A stretch of 63,168 nt of DNA, filler included, from Octopus bimaculoides (GCF_001194135.2; 4 parts of 4 records of this genome joined end to end with filler, not necessarily neighbours in it); one strand, 5' to 3'; shown: positions 11,946 through 25,420, counted from the first letter of the whole stretch. Made by a program: numbers and translations. Notes: generated from the letters alone by a model not told the origin.

Positions 11946-13644
11946 ATGACCTATTTGGGAAGCAAGCTTAACCCGTCACCTGACTCAATACTATTACCTG
12001 GTACCCTGGATGAATTTAGTAGCACCGAACCTGTTGCAATCATTCGGACTCGGTTTTCAGTTTGAGTATAGATCCCCTCCTCCACTCACTCCATACTATG
12101 AGCCTCAACAAAAAAAGCATGAGCACAGCATTCTACCTCTCCTGACTTAAAGATAAAAATGCCAACTCAAACAGTATATTTTACACATTAAGTAATGGCG
12201 TGATAAAATAACTTAAAAGGAGACGTGTACCACCTGTTTTTATTTACTTCTTTGGTTTTTCTTTCTAATTCCCACACGGTTTATTAAGCTTTAATGCGTA
12301 TCAACACAGAGACTAGTGTGAATTAAAGAATATATCATTCTACAAAAGATAACAGCTCTCGTGCTGATACAAGTAACGTCTGAAAGTAACGTATTTTCAT
12401 ATGGTAGCGCTATATCCCATCCATATTAACCTTTACGACAGTCCCGATCGATTGAAAGATTAAATATAATGCAGAGCAGCAGCAAAGTTAATATAATTCG
12501 AGTTAATAAAGCAAAATATTACAGTCAGTTTTCATTAGCTTACTTGATGTCGCCATCTATTAAAATAACATGTGTTCTGAAGTTAAACAACACACATTCT
12601 CCTCTATGCCTTTGGTACGTTGACGTCTGAATCCAGTCGCAACGCTTTCAACTATGGCAAATATTTTGTTGATAATTATTTATGAATATATGTCGACTAA
12701 TAAATCTATAAACGTGCGAACGAATGTGTTTGGATATACATATATATATAGGTGGTGGCGGTGGCGGTGGCGGCGGAGGTGGTGGTGGTGGTGGTTGTAG
12801 AATTAGGAGGGAGTGTAATATTTTATTTGTCGTTGACCATATTTTAATAGGGTCTATATGTCTGAGTATGGAAGTGTACGGGTGTGATATGAATGGATGT
12901 AAGTCTTAAAAGAAAAATAGAAACAGAAATATCTGATTCGTATATATATNNNNNNNNNNNNNNNNNNNNNNNNNNNNNNNNNNNNNNNNNNNNNNNNNNN
13001 NNNNNNNNNNNNNNNNNNNNNNNNNNNNNNNNNNNNNNNNNNNNNNNNNNNNNNNNNNNNNNNNNNNNNNNNNNNNNNNNNNNNNNNNNNNNNNNNNNNN
13101 NNNNNNNNNNNNNNNNNNNNNNNNNNNNNNNNNNNNNNNNNNNNNNNNNNNNNNNNNNNNNNNNNNNNNNNNNNNNNNNNNNNNNNNNNNNNNNNNNNNN
13201 NNNNNNNNNNNNNNNNNNNNNNNNNNNNNNNNNNNNNNNNNNNNNNNNNNNNNNNNNNNNNNNNNNNNNNNNNNNNNNNNNNNNNNNNNNNNNNNNNNNN
13301 NNNNNNNNNNNNNNNNNNNNNNNNNNNNNNNNNNNNNNNNNNNNNNNNNNNNNNNNNNNNNNNNNNNNNNNNNNNNNNNNNNNNNNNNNNNNNNNNNNNN
13401 NNNNNNNNNNNNNNNNNNNNNNNNNNNNNNNNNNNNNNNNNNNNNNNNNNNNNNNNNNNNNNNNNNNNNNNNNNNNNNNNNNNNNATATATATATGTATA
13501 TTATATAGTTTTAGGGAAAAGAACCAAGGTTCATGAATTCATCGATGAAAATCCAGTCACATATAGAAAAATTAATAATTAAAAGCACAATAATTTATTT
13601 TAATTGAGTTTCTACCTGTAATTTGGGATTTTGTCCCTAATATT

Positions 13645-13652
13645 ATTATCAT

Positions 13653-13701
<49 letters not shown>

Positions 13702-13728
13702 CATAGATAGATAGATAGATAGATAGAT
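13645..13728. repeat. (GATA)n microsatellite
   Basis: Directly visible run. Confidence 0.95.
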
Positions 13729-13869
13729 ACTGCTGTCATGTCTAAGTATATACATACGAGTATACACACAGACATGACAGAAGTAAATAGACAGACCTAC
13801 AATCATTAAAGTTCATTTCAATCTGAAATCATAATTAAAATTAATTATTAATTCTTATAATGTGAATAT

Positions 13870-14850
13870 TTGATATTTAGTATAGATGCACTTTACCTTT
13901 TACAATGCAAGGACCCTGTGAGGCATGTTACTGATCAGATGGCGAATATTCTTTTGCGGAATTTCTTTCCAAGTTTCATGCAGTAATCTCAAAAGATCTG
14001 GCTGTGAAGATGCCTTCTTGTTCTTTTTATGAAGTGTCCTGTCCATTATGTCCCAGAGGTGTTAAATAGGGTTAATATCTTGTGACTGGCTTGACCATGG
14101 AAGTTTTTTAATGCCATTCCCATCCAACAAATATTTAGCAATGTGACAAGGAGCCCCATCTTCTAAAAATAAAATTGGAAGGAGTCCTCTCTGCGATATA
14201 GGCACATATTTATCTGAGTTTATGTTTCCTCTCACATCCCAGCAGTTCTGATCAGCCATTGTTCCAAATTGCTACCCAGACCATCACAGAATAGCTGCCG
14301 TGCTTCATAGTTGGCTGCAATCTTTTCACATCAAATTCTTGATCACAGAGTCTCGAAACCCACACTCGATCACAGTCAGGAAATACAACAAATCTAGACT
14401 CATCAGAGAATATGACAGTGTCCCAAAATGCTAGTGACATCTCCATCATCTCACTGGCCCAATGTTTTCTCCGCTTGATGTTGGCTGGTCGAAGAAGTCG
14501 CTTCCTTCTTGCTGCTCTGCCATAGTAGCCAAGTTTGTGGAGATACTTGACTGCTGCTCTGGGATTGACATCAACTTGTTCTGCTATGTCTGAGGCCTTG
14601 CAACGAAGATTATCCTCCGCATTTGTTTTAACAAATAGAAGGATCCTGTCAGAGGGTCCTGGTTGAACTAGGCAAGGTGATGTGGACTTCTTCCTCTCTC
14701 GAGTGAATTGCACAATCACTCTATTAACTGTAGAAAGCGGGATCTCAAGGTTTTCTGCTATTTTACGCTATGCCCACCTTCAGATTGACCCACAATAAGG
14801 CCTCTTTGAAATTCAGACAGTTCCAAGGCTTCTTCTGTACATATTATGAT
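13870..14850 (-). mobile_element. Tc1-family (DD34E) transposase pseudogene, near full-length
   Basis: ELSEFQRGLIVG N-terminal HTH; RAARRKRLL; VIFSDESRF (first D); [10 protein letters not shown]; FLEDGAPCH (second D); WSSQSQDINPI (SPDLNPIE motif); frameshifted; TIRs not resolved. Confidence 0.92.
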
Positions 14851-14900
14851 CAAACAGTCACATATAGAACCTGAAACATAAAAATGTCAGTTAATAAATG

Positions 14901-15108
14901 CAGTAATCCCTCGTTTATCGCGTGTGTCACGTTCCAAAATCTTCCACAGTAATAATTAAAATCTAAAAAAGATATAAATACCTACCGGCCGCATAAACCC
15001 GCGATATACTGAGAAGTCCGCGATATAAATTTACATATATTAGCCAGAAAAATCGGCGATGGACTGCGTCCACGATAGGTGAACCGCAATATGGCGAGGA
15101 ATGCATGT
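14901..15108. mobile_element. Tigger/pogo-like MITE, copy 2
   Basis: Starts CAGTAATCCCTCGTTTATCGCG, ends CGCAATATGGCGAGGAATGCATG; homologous to 1197-1439. Confidence 0.7.
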
Positions 15109-15277
15109 ATATATGTACATGTATATGCAGACNNNNNNNNNNATTACAATTAAAAGAGTAAAGGATTATCAATTCATTAATAAATTAATAATTAATAATT
15201 TTTACCAAGCCCTTCGGTATGTAAGCACCATTATCGGTGTGGAACTTATTTAAAAGTTCTTATACATTTATAATTTT

Positions 15278-15311
<34 letters not shown>

Positions 15312-16021
15312 GCACATATATATGTGGTGATTACGTTTGCAGATATAAGTGGGTTTGCGCATGCGTGCTGTTGTGAAATTCATATGAAACTCTGTTTAAT
15401 TTAGTTTATATTATCGTGTGTTTACCCTCTACACACTCTCGCAGTCACACGCAAACACACTCACACATATGTATGTATGTACGTATATTTGTATGTATGT
15501 TTGCATGTATCTATCTGTTGATATCTCATCTCTATCTGTACGTTATATGAAACAGAACCCATAGTAGTGTGAAATAGCTATCTGTGTATACACTTAATGT
15601 GAATCCACTGCAAAAAAAAATCAAATTGCCTAACTTTTATGGACGTGCTCTGTTAACAGAGACACTGTATGTCGGAGTCAGGCAAAAATCGACATTACTT
15701 GTTATTATTGAAGTACTTGGGATGATAGCAGGAGAGCGAACAAATATAGAAAGAGAGAGAGAGCAGACCCCCGGCAGCCCCATGATATGTGAACTGCTAA
15801 AGATCATAGTTATAAGCATTTCTCCATTTAAATACATCTCTCTTCCCCCTCTTGCTCTCTCTTCCCCCTCTCTTTCGCTTTCACCCTTTCTGTCACAGAC
15901 TCTGTTTTCAATAGCACGGTACCTCACCTGTTACTATCTTCAGATGTAATATCTTGTGGTCGCTTGACGTCTCGGGTGGAGACTTGGATGCAACACGTAT
16001 GAATTGCCAAGCCAAAACATA

Positions 16022-16031
16022 ATACTAATAC

Positions 16032-16097
<66 letters not shown>

Positions 16098-16125
16098 TGA
16101 TGACGATGATGATGATGATGATGAT
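16022..16125. repeat. (TAA)n/(GAT)n compound microsatellite
   Basis: Directly visible. Confidence 0.95.
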
Positions 16126-16844
16126 AATCCAACTTATTTAGATTTGAAATGAAAAATGAATAATTATGAACGGACAATCTGAGATTAGAAGTGATAAATA
16201 GCGAACAATAAAACCAGAAACAAGGATAACGGAGTTTTGAAGTTGTTAATATCTGAGAAATTTTTATAATGATATTAAAAAAAAAAATTTTTTTTCGTTT
16301 TTAAAAAAAAAAAATTTATTTTTTGGGAAAAAAAAATTATGTGTAAATAATAAAAAAAAATGGAGTCTATTTGAAATAGAGTATATCGAAGAAATAAAAT
16401 AATAATAATGGTAATAATAATAATAATAAAAGCAAAAGTTAGAAAGAAATTCGTTGCTAATAAAGAATAAAGAAAGGTTAGTGAATGAAAAAAAAATTAA
16501 CATAACTAGTGAAGACTATTATTTTGTTAAGTGACTTGTTTGTTTTAAGAAATTCCATTTTCGATTGCTCTCTGACGATAAACGTTTATCAACGTTGAAT
16601 TAGCAGACAACACTCTGATAAGATGTTAATGCTATAAGAGGCGAACTATTTTGATTATATTAGATAAGAGAAGAGAAGAAGCTGTTTTTTGGTTGTTTGT
16701 TTTTTTTCTTATTTTTCTGGATTTTTGTTCTTTGTTTTTTTTTGTTCAACTTATACATTCGTTGGTTTTAAGATAACCTCTGCGACGATTTACCTAGAAA
16801 TAAACATTGTTTTGCATTATTTGTTTATTTTATGTTGGTTTGTT

Positions 16845-16865
16845 AGTAGTGGAGTAGTAGTGGTG

Positions 16866-16932
<67 letters not shown>

Positions 16933-17073
16933 CAAGTGTAGTAGTAGTAGTAACAGCAGCAGCTCAAGTAGATTAGTAGTCGTAGCAGCAGCAGTAGTAG
17001 TAATGGTGGAGGCGGCAGAGGCGGTGGTGGTGGTTTTTAGTAGGAGCAGCATCATCATCATCCTCAGCAGTAA

Positions 17074-17106
<33 letters not shown>

Positions 17107-17277
17107 TAGTAGTAATTGTTGTTTCTGTTTTTGTTTTTTCGTTCAGGTTGTTCTTTTCGTTTCTGCAGTGGTGGTCGCGGAGCATAGACCGGGTAAATAT
17201 TGGTCGAGCAGATCTAAAGCCATTCCAATCGTGACCACGACCAAGACCACGACCACAACCACCACCACCACCACTAC

Positions 17278-17309
<32 letters not shown>

Positions 17310-17800
17310 ACAACCCCTTCCTGTTTGTAAGAGCGTCTATTCCTAAATTTGAACATATTTATTATTAAAAGCCTTCCGGCTATGACCATTCCGTTGAAAT
17401 TCTAGGCAGTATAAATGTTTTACTAATTTTTTTTTTCCATACGTAAGTTCACGTTCTGTGAGTGATTTACCTACTATTTCGTGTACGTTGGGAGACTTCT
17501 TACAGGTTTCGTGGCTGTTTTCTTGTTGCTGTTGTTGATGATGATGTTGCTGATGATGTTGTTCTTTTTGCTGTTGATGTTGATTTTGATGTTGTGTTTG
17601 TTGTTGTTGTTGTTGAGGTTGTTGTTTTTGTTGGTGTTGATGTTTTTGGTGTTATTGTTGTTGACGATGATGTTGATGTTGTTGATGATGTTGATGATGA
17701 TGTTGTAGTTTTTGCTTTTGTTGATGTTGATGATGTTGTTGTTGATGATGTTGTTGTTGATGTTGTTGTGTTTGTTGTTTTTATTGTTGTTGATATCGTT
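16845..17800. repeat. Mosaic of trinucleotide repeats (GTA, GCA, ACC, AAC, GTT, GAT) with unique islands
   Basis: Directly visible; responsible for the poly-V/L/T/N ORFs. Confidence 0.9.
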
Positions 17801-18049
17801 GTTTTAGTTAGAAATGTAGGTTCTAATACTGTAAAGGAATTCAGGCTTGTTACCTATGTATTACAGGTACATTATCGGTTTTCCGGGACTACTGAATGTG
17901 CTGTAGCATGGCCGGTTACCTTTGCTCAACACACTTTAAATGAAACAAATATTAATTGTACTTAAATAATTACATGAGATTGAAGTACCTATATATTTGT
18001 GTAAACTAGTGCGGATTATAAGAAGCTCCGGATCACTGGTTCACTTACT

Positions 18050-18466
18050 GAACTGCGGCCATGCTGCAGCACTTCCTTGGAGGGCTTAGTCGAAGAAATT
18101 GAAACTAATAGGTTATATTTAAATCTGATTATTATTCTGTCGGTATCTCTTGCCGAACTGCAAGGCAGATGGTGATGGAGGGCATTACACAGACACCTAC
18201 ACACAGTTACACACACATATATACACACACACATATATATATACACACACACACACATATATATATATACACACACACACACATATGTATGTTTGAGTGT
18301 GTATGTACGACGGGTTTTCATTCAGTTTCCTCCAATCAGATCCCCCTCACACAATTCACTTCGCAACCTGGGATTATAATAGAAACATTTGTCCAATGTA
18401 CCGTACAGTGAGATTGAACCCGAGACCACGTTGTTGCCAAACGAGGTTCTTAACCACACAGCCATG
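18050..18466 (-). mobile_element. Composite SINE (B head + microsatellite + C module), diverged copy
   Basis: C: CTGCGGCCATGCTGCAGCAC...TTAGTCGA...TCTGTCGGTATCTCTTGCCGAAC; CA/TA tract; B: GGGTTTTCATTCAGTTTCC...TAACCACACAGCCA. Confidence 0.75.
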
Positions 18467-18613
18467 ACTTTCCCCTCAGCACATAGTCATTTAGAAAATA
18501 TATACTCACAGCTACATAGGTAAAAAAAAAAATCATGTGAGAATGCATAAATGCAGAGACCAGTTTTAAGACAGACTTTTCCCTTCAAATCCCATTACAT
18601 ATGTCTTATCTCT

Positions 18614-18846
18614 GAGGCAGGAATATGGCCTAATCGATAGCACTCCAGCACAAAAGTCGTAGACTTTTTTCGTCTGTCTTTACGTTGTAAGTTTAAATTA
18701 CGACGAGGTCGACTTCGAAGTTTTTTGGGGTTTTTTATCCTTTCGGTGTCGATAAATAAGTACCAGTTGAAGCAAAGGGGTCGAAGTAATTGACTTGTCA
18801 CCTCCCCCGGAATTGTTGGCCTTGTGCTAAAATTTGAAATCAATAT
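18614..18846 (+). mobile_element. SINE family E
   Basis: ATCCTTTCGGTGTCGATAAATAAGTACCAGTT core; GGCCTTGTGCTAAAATTTGAAA tail. Confidence 0.8.
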
Positions 18847-20124
18847 TTAACATCTTTTGGTGGATATTATTGAGGTGGAAGAATCTCCATGATATTTTTA
18901 GACTCTTTTAGTTTTCTAAGTTGAATGCAGTTTAGTTTGAATCGGAATGTCTTCGACATGAGCTAGGAAAATTAAGAACAATGACGGAATTTCAGAGGCT
19001 TTTTGCTCTGGAAAGACTAGAACAAAGCGTTTAGCGTGCAGGTAGGGGTTTGAGGAGAGAAGTGGCGGTCAATCAGATGCATGAACTGGATCTTAATTCA
19101 GGTTACGTACAACTTTCTTATTCAGAAATTCTAAGATTGTTGTAGGAATGTTAGACAGAGATGAACAGCGAGTTGATGACCCTGTTGTTGAGATATACAG
19201 ACAAATGATTTCTTGTCAGTAAACAGGATGGCCTTTGCTGATGCGATGAAATATACTTATGTGTGTAGTAATTCAAAGCCAATTTTATTGAATGCCCATA
19301 AAATGACTGGCTTCCAGCCACCCACCATTTTGTAAAAAGACAACATGTAATCGGAATCAAAGTATTTTAGTCCTTGCAAGAATCATAGAAATAGATGTTC
19401 TGTATATTCTAGAAAATACTATTTGTTGATTAGCACTGATGTTTTTCACTGTCGTAGCATATTTAATTTTCCAATTTTTGTATGGTAAACATAGAAAGAC
19501 CGATTTAATGTTCTGTGTATATTAAATATAGAAACACTCATTGTTGTATGTATGTGAAATATAGAAACAGTCAATTACTATTCAAAACATAGATGGCATC
19601 ACAGAATAAATTAATTCCTAAACAAATTTATTTTCTACCTAAAGAAATATTCGTTACAGAATATTTCTTCACCAATTCTTTCAGTAAAAGTTTAAAAAGT
19701 TACGACGGTGTTGCTTTTTGATTGACGATGTAAAAATAAATGAAGACAATAATGAAACAAGAGCATCTCTGAAAATGTCTTCTGTACTTTCCGGATAAAT
19801 TTCGAAATATTATTGGCTGTTTTATCATTGATTCTCGCAGCATCATTCTTCTTTTACTTTTCAAAATAATTCATATATTAAATATTCAGATATACACACA
19901 CACAATTTTCATCGTGTGTACGGCGTTCCAACGTTATTTATTAGCAAAATAATCGTATACTATTTTAGCTTAATGTTCCTTCTTATTTATATATTCTAAT
20001 GGCGTTAACTATGATATATTTTATATATACATGTTGTGCTCAGTTACACAAGACCTCAATGCACGTACCGCCACCATATTACAAATTATAAGCAAAGAAT
20101 ATTATTTTATTCCACAGAGTATAC

Positions 20125-20235
20125 ATTTGGTCGGCCCAGGCTATAGTAGAAGACACTTGCCCAAGGTGCCACGCAGTGGGAATGAACCCGGAACCATGTG
20201 GTTGGTAAGCAAGCTACTTACCACACAACCAATAT
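20125..20235 (-). mobile_element. SINE family B head
   Basis: Reverse complement of the 60706 head: GAAGACACTTGCCCAAGGTGCCACGCAGTGGGA. Confidence 0.85.
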
Positions 20236-20306
20236 AATGATATTATAATAATATTAGGGAATATATCATTTCAAACATACAGGAATATTCCATTTAGTAA
20301 TACTAA

Positions 20307-20386
<80 letters not shown>

Positions 20387-20571
20387 NNNNNNNNNNNNNN
20401 NNNNNNNNNNNNNNNNNNNNNNNNNNNNNNNNNNNNNNNNNNNNNNNNNNNNNNNNNNNNNNNNNNNNNNNNNNNNNNNNNNNNNNNNNNNNNNNNNNNN
20501 NNNNNNNNNNNNNNNNNNNNNNNNNNNNNNNNNNNNNNNNNNNNNNNNNNNNNNNNNNNNNNNNNNNNNNN

Positions 20572-20602
<31 letters not shown>

Positions 20603-21039
20603 TACATACATATATTATAACAGGTGTGTTTATAAGTCTTTCAACCCCTTCTGTATACGATATTATGAAATATAAATATTCTTGTGAAAATCTGGTGTGT
20701 GTCGCTACATATAATTTAATACTTAAACTTTTCATTTCTGTCACATACGTCTTCCTGTCCTTCTGGTGGAATAAAACGATAGCATGAATACGTATATGTA
20801 ACTGCATATGCATAAGCTATGTGTATCTATTTAGTCTCTTTAACTGGTTATAGTATCAGTTCGTATGACTATGGATGGAGTAGGCATGCGTGGAAGAATG
20901 ATGGCTGAATACGACATACTTATTCCTTCAGTTCGGCGTCGAATAATATTCAGCTAAAAATTATTACATAATAAATGGAATATATACACATAATTACATA
21001 TATGTGTGTGTGTGTATGTGTATATGTATATATATATGT

Positions 21040-21087
<48 letters not shown>

Positions 21088-21093
21088 GTGTGT

Positions 21094-21235
21094 GGAAGCG
21101 CGTGGCTTGGTGTTTAGGGTGTTAGCATCATGATCGTAAGATTGTGGTTTCGATTCCTGGACCGGGCGACGCGTTGTGTTCTTGAGCAAAACACTTCATT
21201 TCACGTTGCTCCAGTCCACTCAGCTGGCAAAAATG
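21094..21235 (+). mobile_element. SINE family A1, 5' half
   Basis: A and B boxes plus TTGTGTTCTTGAGCAAAACACTT; truncated before a gap. Confidence 0.8.
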
Positions 21236-22245
21236 GGAAGCGGGCCCATGAGCCTGGCTAGGCTTTAAAAGGGCNNNNNNNNNNNNNNNNNNNNNNNNNN
21301 NNNNNNNNNNNNNNNNNNNNNNNNNNNNNNNNNNNNNNNNNNNNNNNNNNNNNNNNNNNNNNNNNNNNNNNNNNNNNNNNNNNNNNNNNNNNNNNNNNNN
21401 NNNNNNNNNNNNNNNNNNNNNNNNNNNNNNNNNNNNNNNNNNNNNNNNNNNNNNNNNNNNNNNNNNNNNNNNNNNNNNNNNNNNNNNNNNNNNNNNNNNN
21501 NNNNNNNNNNNNNNNNNNNNNNNNNNNNNNNNNNNNNNNNNNNNNNNNNNNNNNNNNNNNNNNNNNNNNNNNNNNNNNNNNNNNNNNNNNNNNNNNNNNN
21601 NNNNNNNNNNNNNNNNNNNNNNNNNNNNNNNNNNNNNNNNNNNNNNNNNNNNNNNNNNNNNNNNNNNNNNNNNNNNNNNNNNNNNNNNNNNNNNNNNNNN
21701 NNNNNNNNNNNNNNNNNNNNNNNNNNNNNNNNNNNNNNNNNNNNNNNNNNNNNNNNNNNNNNNNNNNNNNNNNNNNNNNNNNNNNNNNNNNNNNNNNNNN
21801 NNNNNNNNNNNNNNNNNNNNNNNNNNNNNNNNNNNNNNNNNNNNNNNNNNNNNNNNNNNNNNNNNNNNNNNNNNNNNNNNNNNNNNNNNNNNNNNNNNNN
21901 NNNNNNNNNNNNNNNNNNNNNNNNNNNNNNNNNNNNNNNNNNNNNNNNNNNNNNNNNNNNNNNNNNNNNNNNNNNNNNNNNNNNNNNNNNNNNNNNNNNN
22001 NNNNNNNNNNNNNNNNNNNNNNNNNNNNNNNNNNNNNNNNNNNNNNNNNNNNNNNNNNNNNNNNNNNNNNNNNNNNNNNNNNNNNNNNNNNNNNNNNNNN
22101 NNNNNNNNNNNNNNNNNNNNNNNNNNNNNNNNNNNNNNNNNNNNNNNNNNNNNNNNNNNNNNNNNNNNNNNNNNNNNNNNNNNNNNNNNNNNNNNNNNNN
22201 NNNNNNNNNNNNNNNNNNNNNTATATATATATAGGTATGTGTATG

Positions 22246-22292
<47 letters not shown>

Positions 22293-22927
22293 GATATGTA
22301 GTATAATATGTATCATAATATACTGTATCGATTATATTATGTCTTTTATATATCTGCAAATATATAGTAATTTTAATATATGAACATACACACTCACACA
22401 CATATAGTTAGAGAGAAAGAAAATGAATGCATATATGGCTATATGAATTATGCATACACAGATTTGAATATATGTGCGCGTGTACGTGTAAACATATATC
22501 CGCATGCATGTATTCCTACAGGTATATTTATTCATAAATTTATTCACGTTTATAGGTGTAACACTTCGAAGAAATATATACATATTTTAACCCCATAATA
22601 CGTGTATTTGAAAAGTTGTAAACAGCGAAAGCGCCTAAAGTTAATAATATAATCTTGTGTGGAAAAGGTTCATGATATGCTTATTTCTCCAGCTCTGATG
22701 ATATAACGAAGACATTTTAATACAGGAAAATCTTATTTTCAAATTTTCTGATTATACGAAAAATTTAAAGTGTGTGCGTGAATGGCGTATGTATATACTT
22801 ATGTATACATTAATGCATATATCTATGCATATGTGTATGTGTGTGTATATATGTCTGTGTGTGCTTGTGTGTATAGCTATATACATGTCTGTGTGTGTGT
22901 GAGTGTATATATATAGCTATATATATA

Positions 22928-23027
22928 NNNNNNNNNNNNNNNNNNNNNNNNNNNNNNNNNNNNNNNNNNNNTTAATTAATTAANNNNNNNNNNNNNNNNN
23001 NNNNNNNNNNNNNNNNNNNNNNNNNNN
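22928..23027. other. Assembly linker N44-TTAATTAATTAA-N44 (also 54873-54972 and 58128-58227)
   Basis: Identical 100-bp construct three times; the 12-mer places stop codons in all six frames. Confidence 0.95.
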
Positions 23028-23469
23028 TGGCCACTGCGACTTTCCTTCTAAAAGAGTTGGAATTGCTTAGAAGTAAATTTAGAAGTAAAAATGAACTCAG
23101 AATGTAAAAATGGACGAAATGCCGCAAAGCATCTTCCCGGCGTTCTTACGATTCCGAATAATGTACAATTCCGAATAATATTTAATTCTAAAAATATGAT
23201 AACATGATATGTTAATCATTGAATAGGTATGAGTGTCCACCCATGTAAAACAGAGATCAAAAGGATCCATAGCCAAAAAATGTTTGAAAACCACTGCGTT
23301 AGAGTCTAGAATAAAAAGCGTTGCTGTACTTCTTTCCAGTTCTCCGCTCTCTACGTTCAAATCCTGATACAGACAACTAGACTTTATTTTTTTTGGGGTC
23401 GATAATATAAAATACTAGTCCAATACAAGGAATTTAAAAAATTGTTGATGTGATGGTTGTGGTACCTTG

Positions 23470-23700
23470 CAGAATTTGTTCCAGTTTTATGCATATTGAT
23501 TTCATTCGAATTAAATTTAATCGTTCAGCTGCTTCACCACCAGCACCTAGTCTTTGGGATGCCTTCTATAAAGTTTGCTTTGTCACAATCATTCGGGCCA
23601 TAACTCAAATATTTGTGGATAAATACCACCCTTCATCACACAGGACTCAGTGGTCAAGAAACGTAACGAGTCATATACATTATCCATTCTTCCTTGAATG
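23470..23700 (-). mobile_element. Possible highly decayed mariner transposase fragment
   Basis: Minus frames give FLDH*VLCDEGWYL (like FLDRIVTCDEKW), HPKD*VL and LQGTTTIT; weak similarity only. Confidence 0.3.
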
Positions 23701-23789
23701 AATGGCTTTAAAATGCTTCGTGTCAATCTAAGCCCCGTGGATGAAATTTGATACAAACAATCTGCATGAAAATACGTGGACTCCATCCG

Positions 23790-23960
23790 TAAGTTAAAAG
23801 GCCAAGCCTCTCACACAAAGCTCATTATGAACCGAGTTCAAATTTCGCAGAGGTCGATTTTGCTTTCTTGCTTTCGGGGTCGATAAAATAAAGTACCAGT
23901 CAAATATTGGGGGCGATATAATCGACTTGCCATTACTGGACCCGTGCCAAATTTGAAAGC
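23790..23960 (+). mobile_element. SINE family E
   Basis: GAGTTCAAATTTCGCAGAGGTCGA...GGGGTCGATAAAATAAAGTACCAGT core. Confidence 0.75.
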
Positions 23961-24480
23961 AGCAGCACCAGTAGCAGTAGCAGCAGTAGTAGTAGCAGTA
24001 GTAGTAGTAGTAGTCAATGAGTAGGCAATTTAGTCAACCGTAAAATGAATACAGATAGTCGTAGCTAACGGATGTTCATTATTTAAAAACAATGTGCAAT
24101 GCAAAGTATATAGTTTAGTTTTTGTGTAGAGTAGAACTGAAATAGTATTGTGCAGTACAGCGCTGAATCTCGTTTTCATTTTTTTGTTTTTTTTGGCGGG
24201 GGCTTCTTTTTTTTTATTGTTCTGTGTTTTTTCTCCTTTTAAGTATCGTGTGCTATTATGATGCAGGGGATAAAGATTTATTAATTCAGCAATATTGTGA
24301 AGTAGTTTAGGAATATTGCTGCCGTTGCTGTTATTGCTATTGAGCCCCTGTTTGATCCTGTCTAGCAAGCCTATAATCAAAGGCCATGACGGACCGCCTC
24401 TATCGATGTGTGTTTCAGAATACATCATCTATTTATGTTAGTTCATGAAGCTGAAACGATTTTAAAACGAATTGACTGGG

Positions 24481-25420
24481 AAGTATTTCTTCCGTCTTTA
24501 CGCTCTGAGTTCAAATTCCGCCAAGATCGACTTTGCCTTTCATCCTTACGGAGTCGATAAAATAAGTACCAGTCGAAAACTGACACTTATGTAATCGACT
24601 TACCCCGTCCCGGAATTGCTGGCTTTGTGCCAAAATTTGAAACGAGTCTAGAGTATAGCTCATAGGAGGTGAGCTGGCAAAATCGTTAGCACGCCGAGCA
24701 AAATGCTTAGCAACATATCGTCCGTCTTTACGTTCTGAGTTCAAATCCCCCCAACCCCGAGGTCGATCTTGCCTTTATTCCTTTTCGGGTTCGGTTAAAT
24801 AAGTACCAGTTGAGAACTGAGGTCAATGTAATCAAATCCCCACCCCCACCCACTGAAACCTGCTGGCATTGTGCTAATATTTGAAACCGATATTAGTGTG
24901 CTTCCAAAGGGTGGCGAGCTGACACAATCGTTAGCACGCCGGGCAAAATGCTCAGCGCATTTTCTACCCCTTCACGCTCTGATTTCAAATCCTGCTAAGG
25001 TCGACATTGCCTATCATCCTTTCGGGGTCTATAAAATAAGCATCATTTGAGCACTGGGGGTCGGTGTGATTGACTTACCCACTACCGTCGAAATTTATGG
25101 CCTTGTGCCAAAATTGACTTACCCACTACCGTCGAAATTTATGGCCCTGTGCCAAAATGTGAAACCCATATTACATTATAGGCCGAATCGTTAGAGCAGC
25201 GGATAAAGTGTTTATCGTCACTTGTTCCTACTTTACCTTCTGAGTTGAAATACCACCGAGTATGACCTTGCCTTTCATTCTTTTTAGTTCAGTTAAGCAT
25301 TGGGGTAAATTGTTCGCCTTGTATAAAATAGTTCAGTTAAGCATTGAGTAAATTGTTCGCCTTCATAAAATAGTTCAGTTAAGCATTGAGTAAACTGTTC
25401 GCTTTGTATCAAAATGTGAA
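24481..25420 (+). mobile_element. Array of four head-to-tail SINE family E copies with internal tandem duplications
   Basis: Copies at ~24481, 24663, 24908, 25180; duplicated 44-bp unit at ~25070-25160; three ~43-bp units TAGTTCAGTTAAGCATTG... at ~25285-25415. Confidence 0.85.

Noticed and set aside
11988-12004. ATACTATTACCTGG resembling the U1 snRNA start
   Set aside because: The match is imperfect and the downstream sequence has no U1 similarity.
17824-17845. TAATACTGT matching the miR-8/miR-200 5' end
   Set aside because: Only the first nine bases match and no complementary arm is present.
17462-17965. 167-aa Val/Asp-rich ORF
   Set aside because: Product of GTT/GAT triplet mosaics that lack stops by composition; no recognisable domain.
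22972-22983. Isolated TTAATTAATTAA palindromes (also 54917-54928, 58172-58183)
   Set aside because: Each is flanked by exactly 44 N on both sides, giving a 100-bp six-frame-stop scaffold linker; an assembly artefact.
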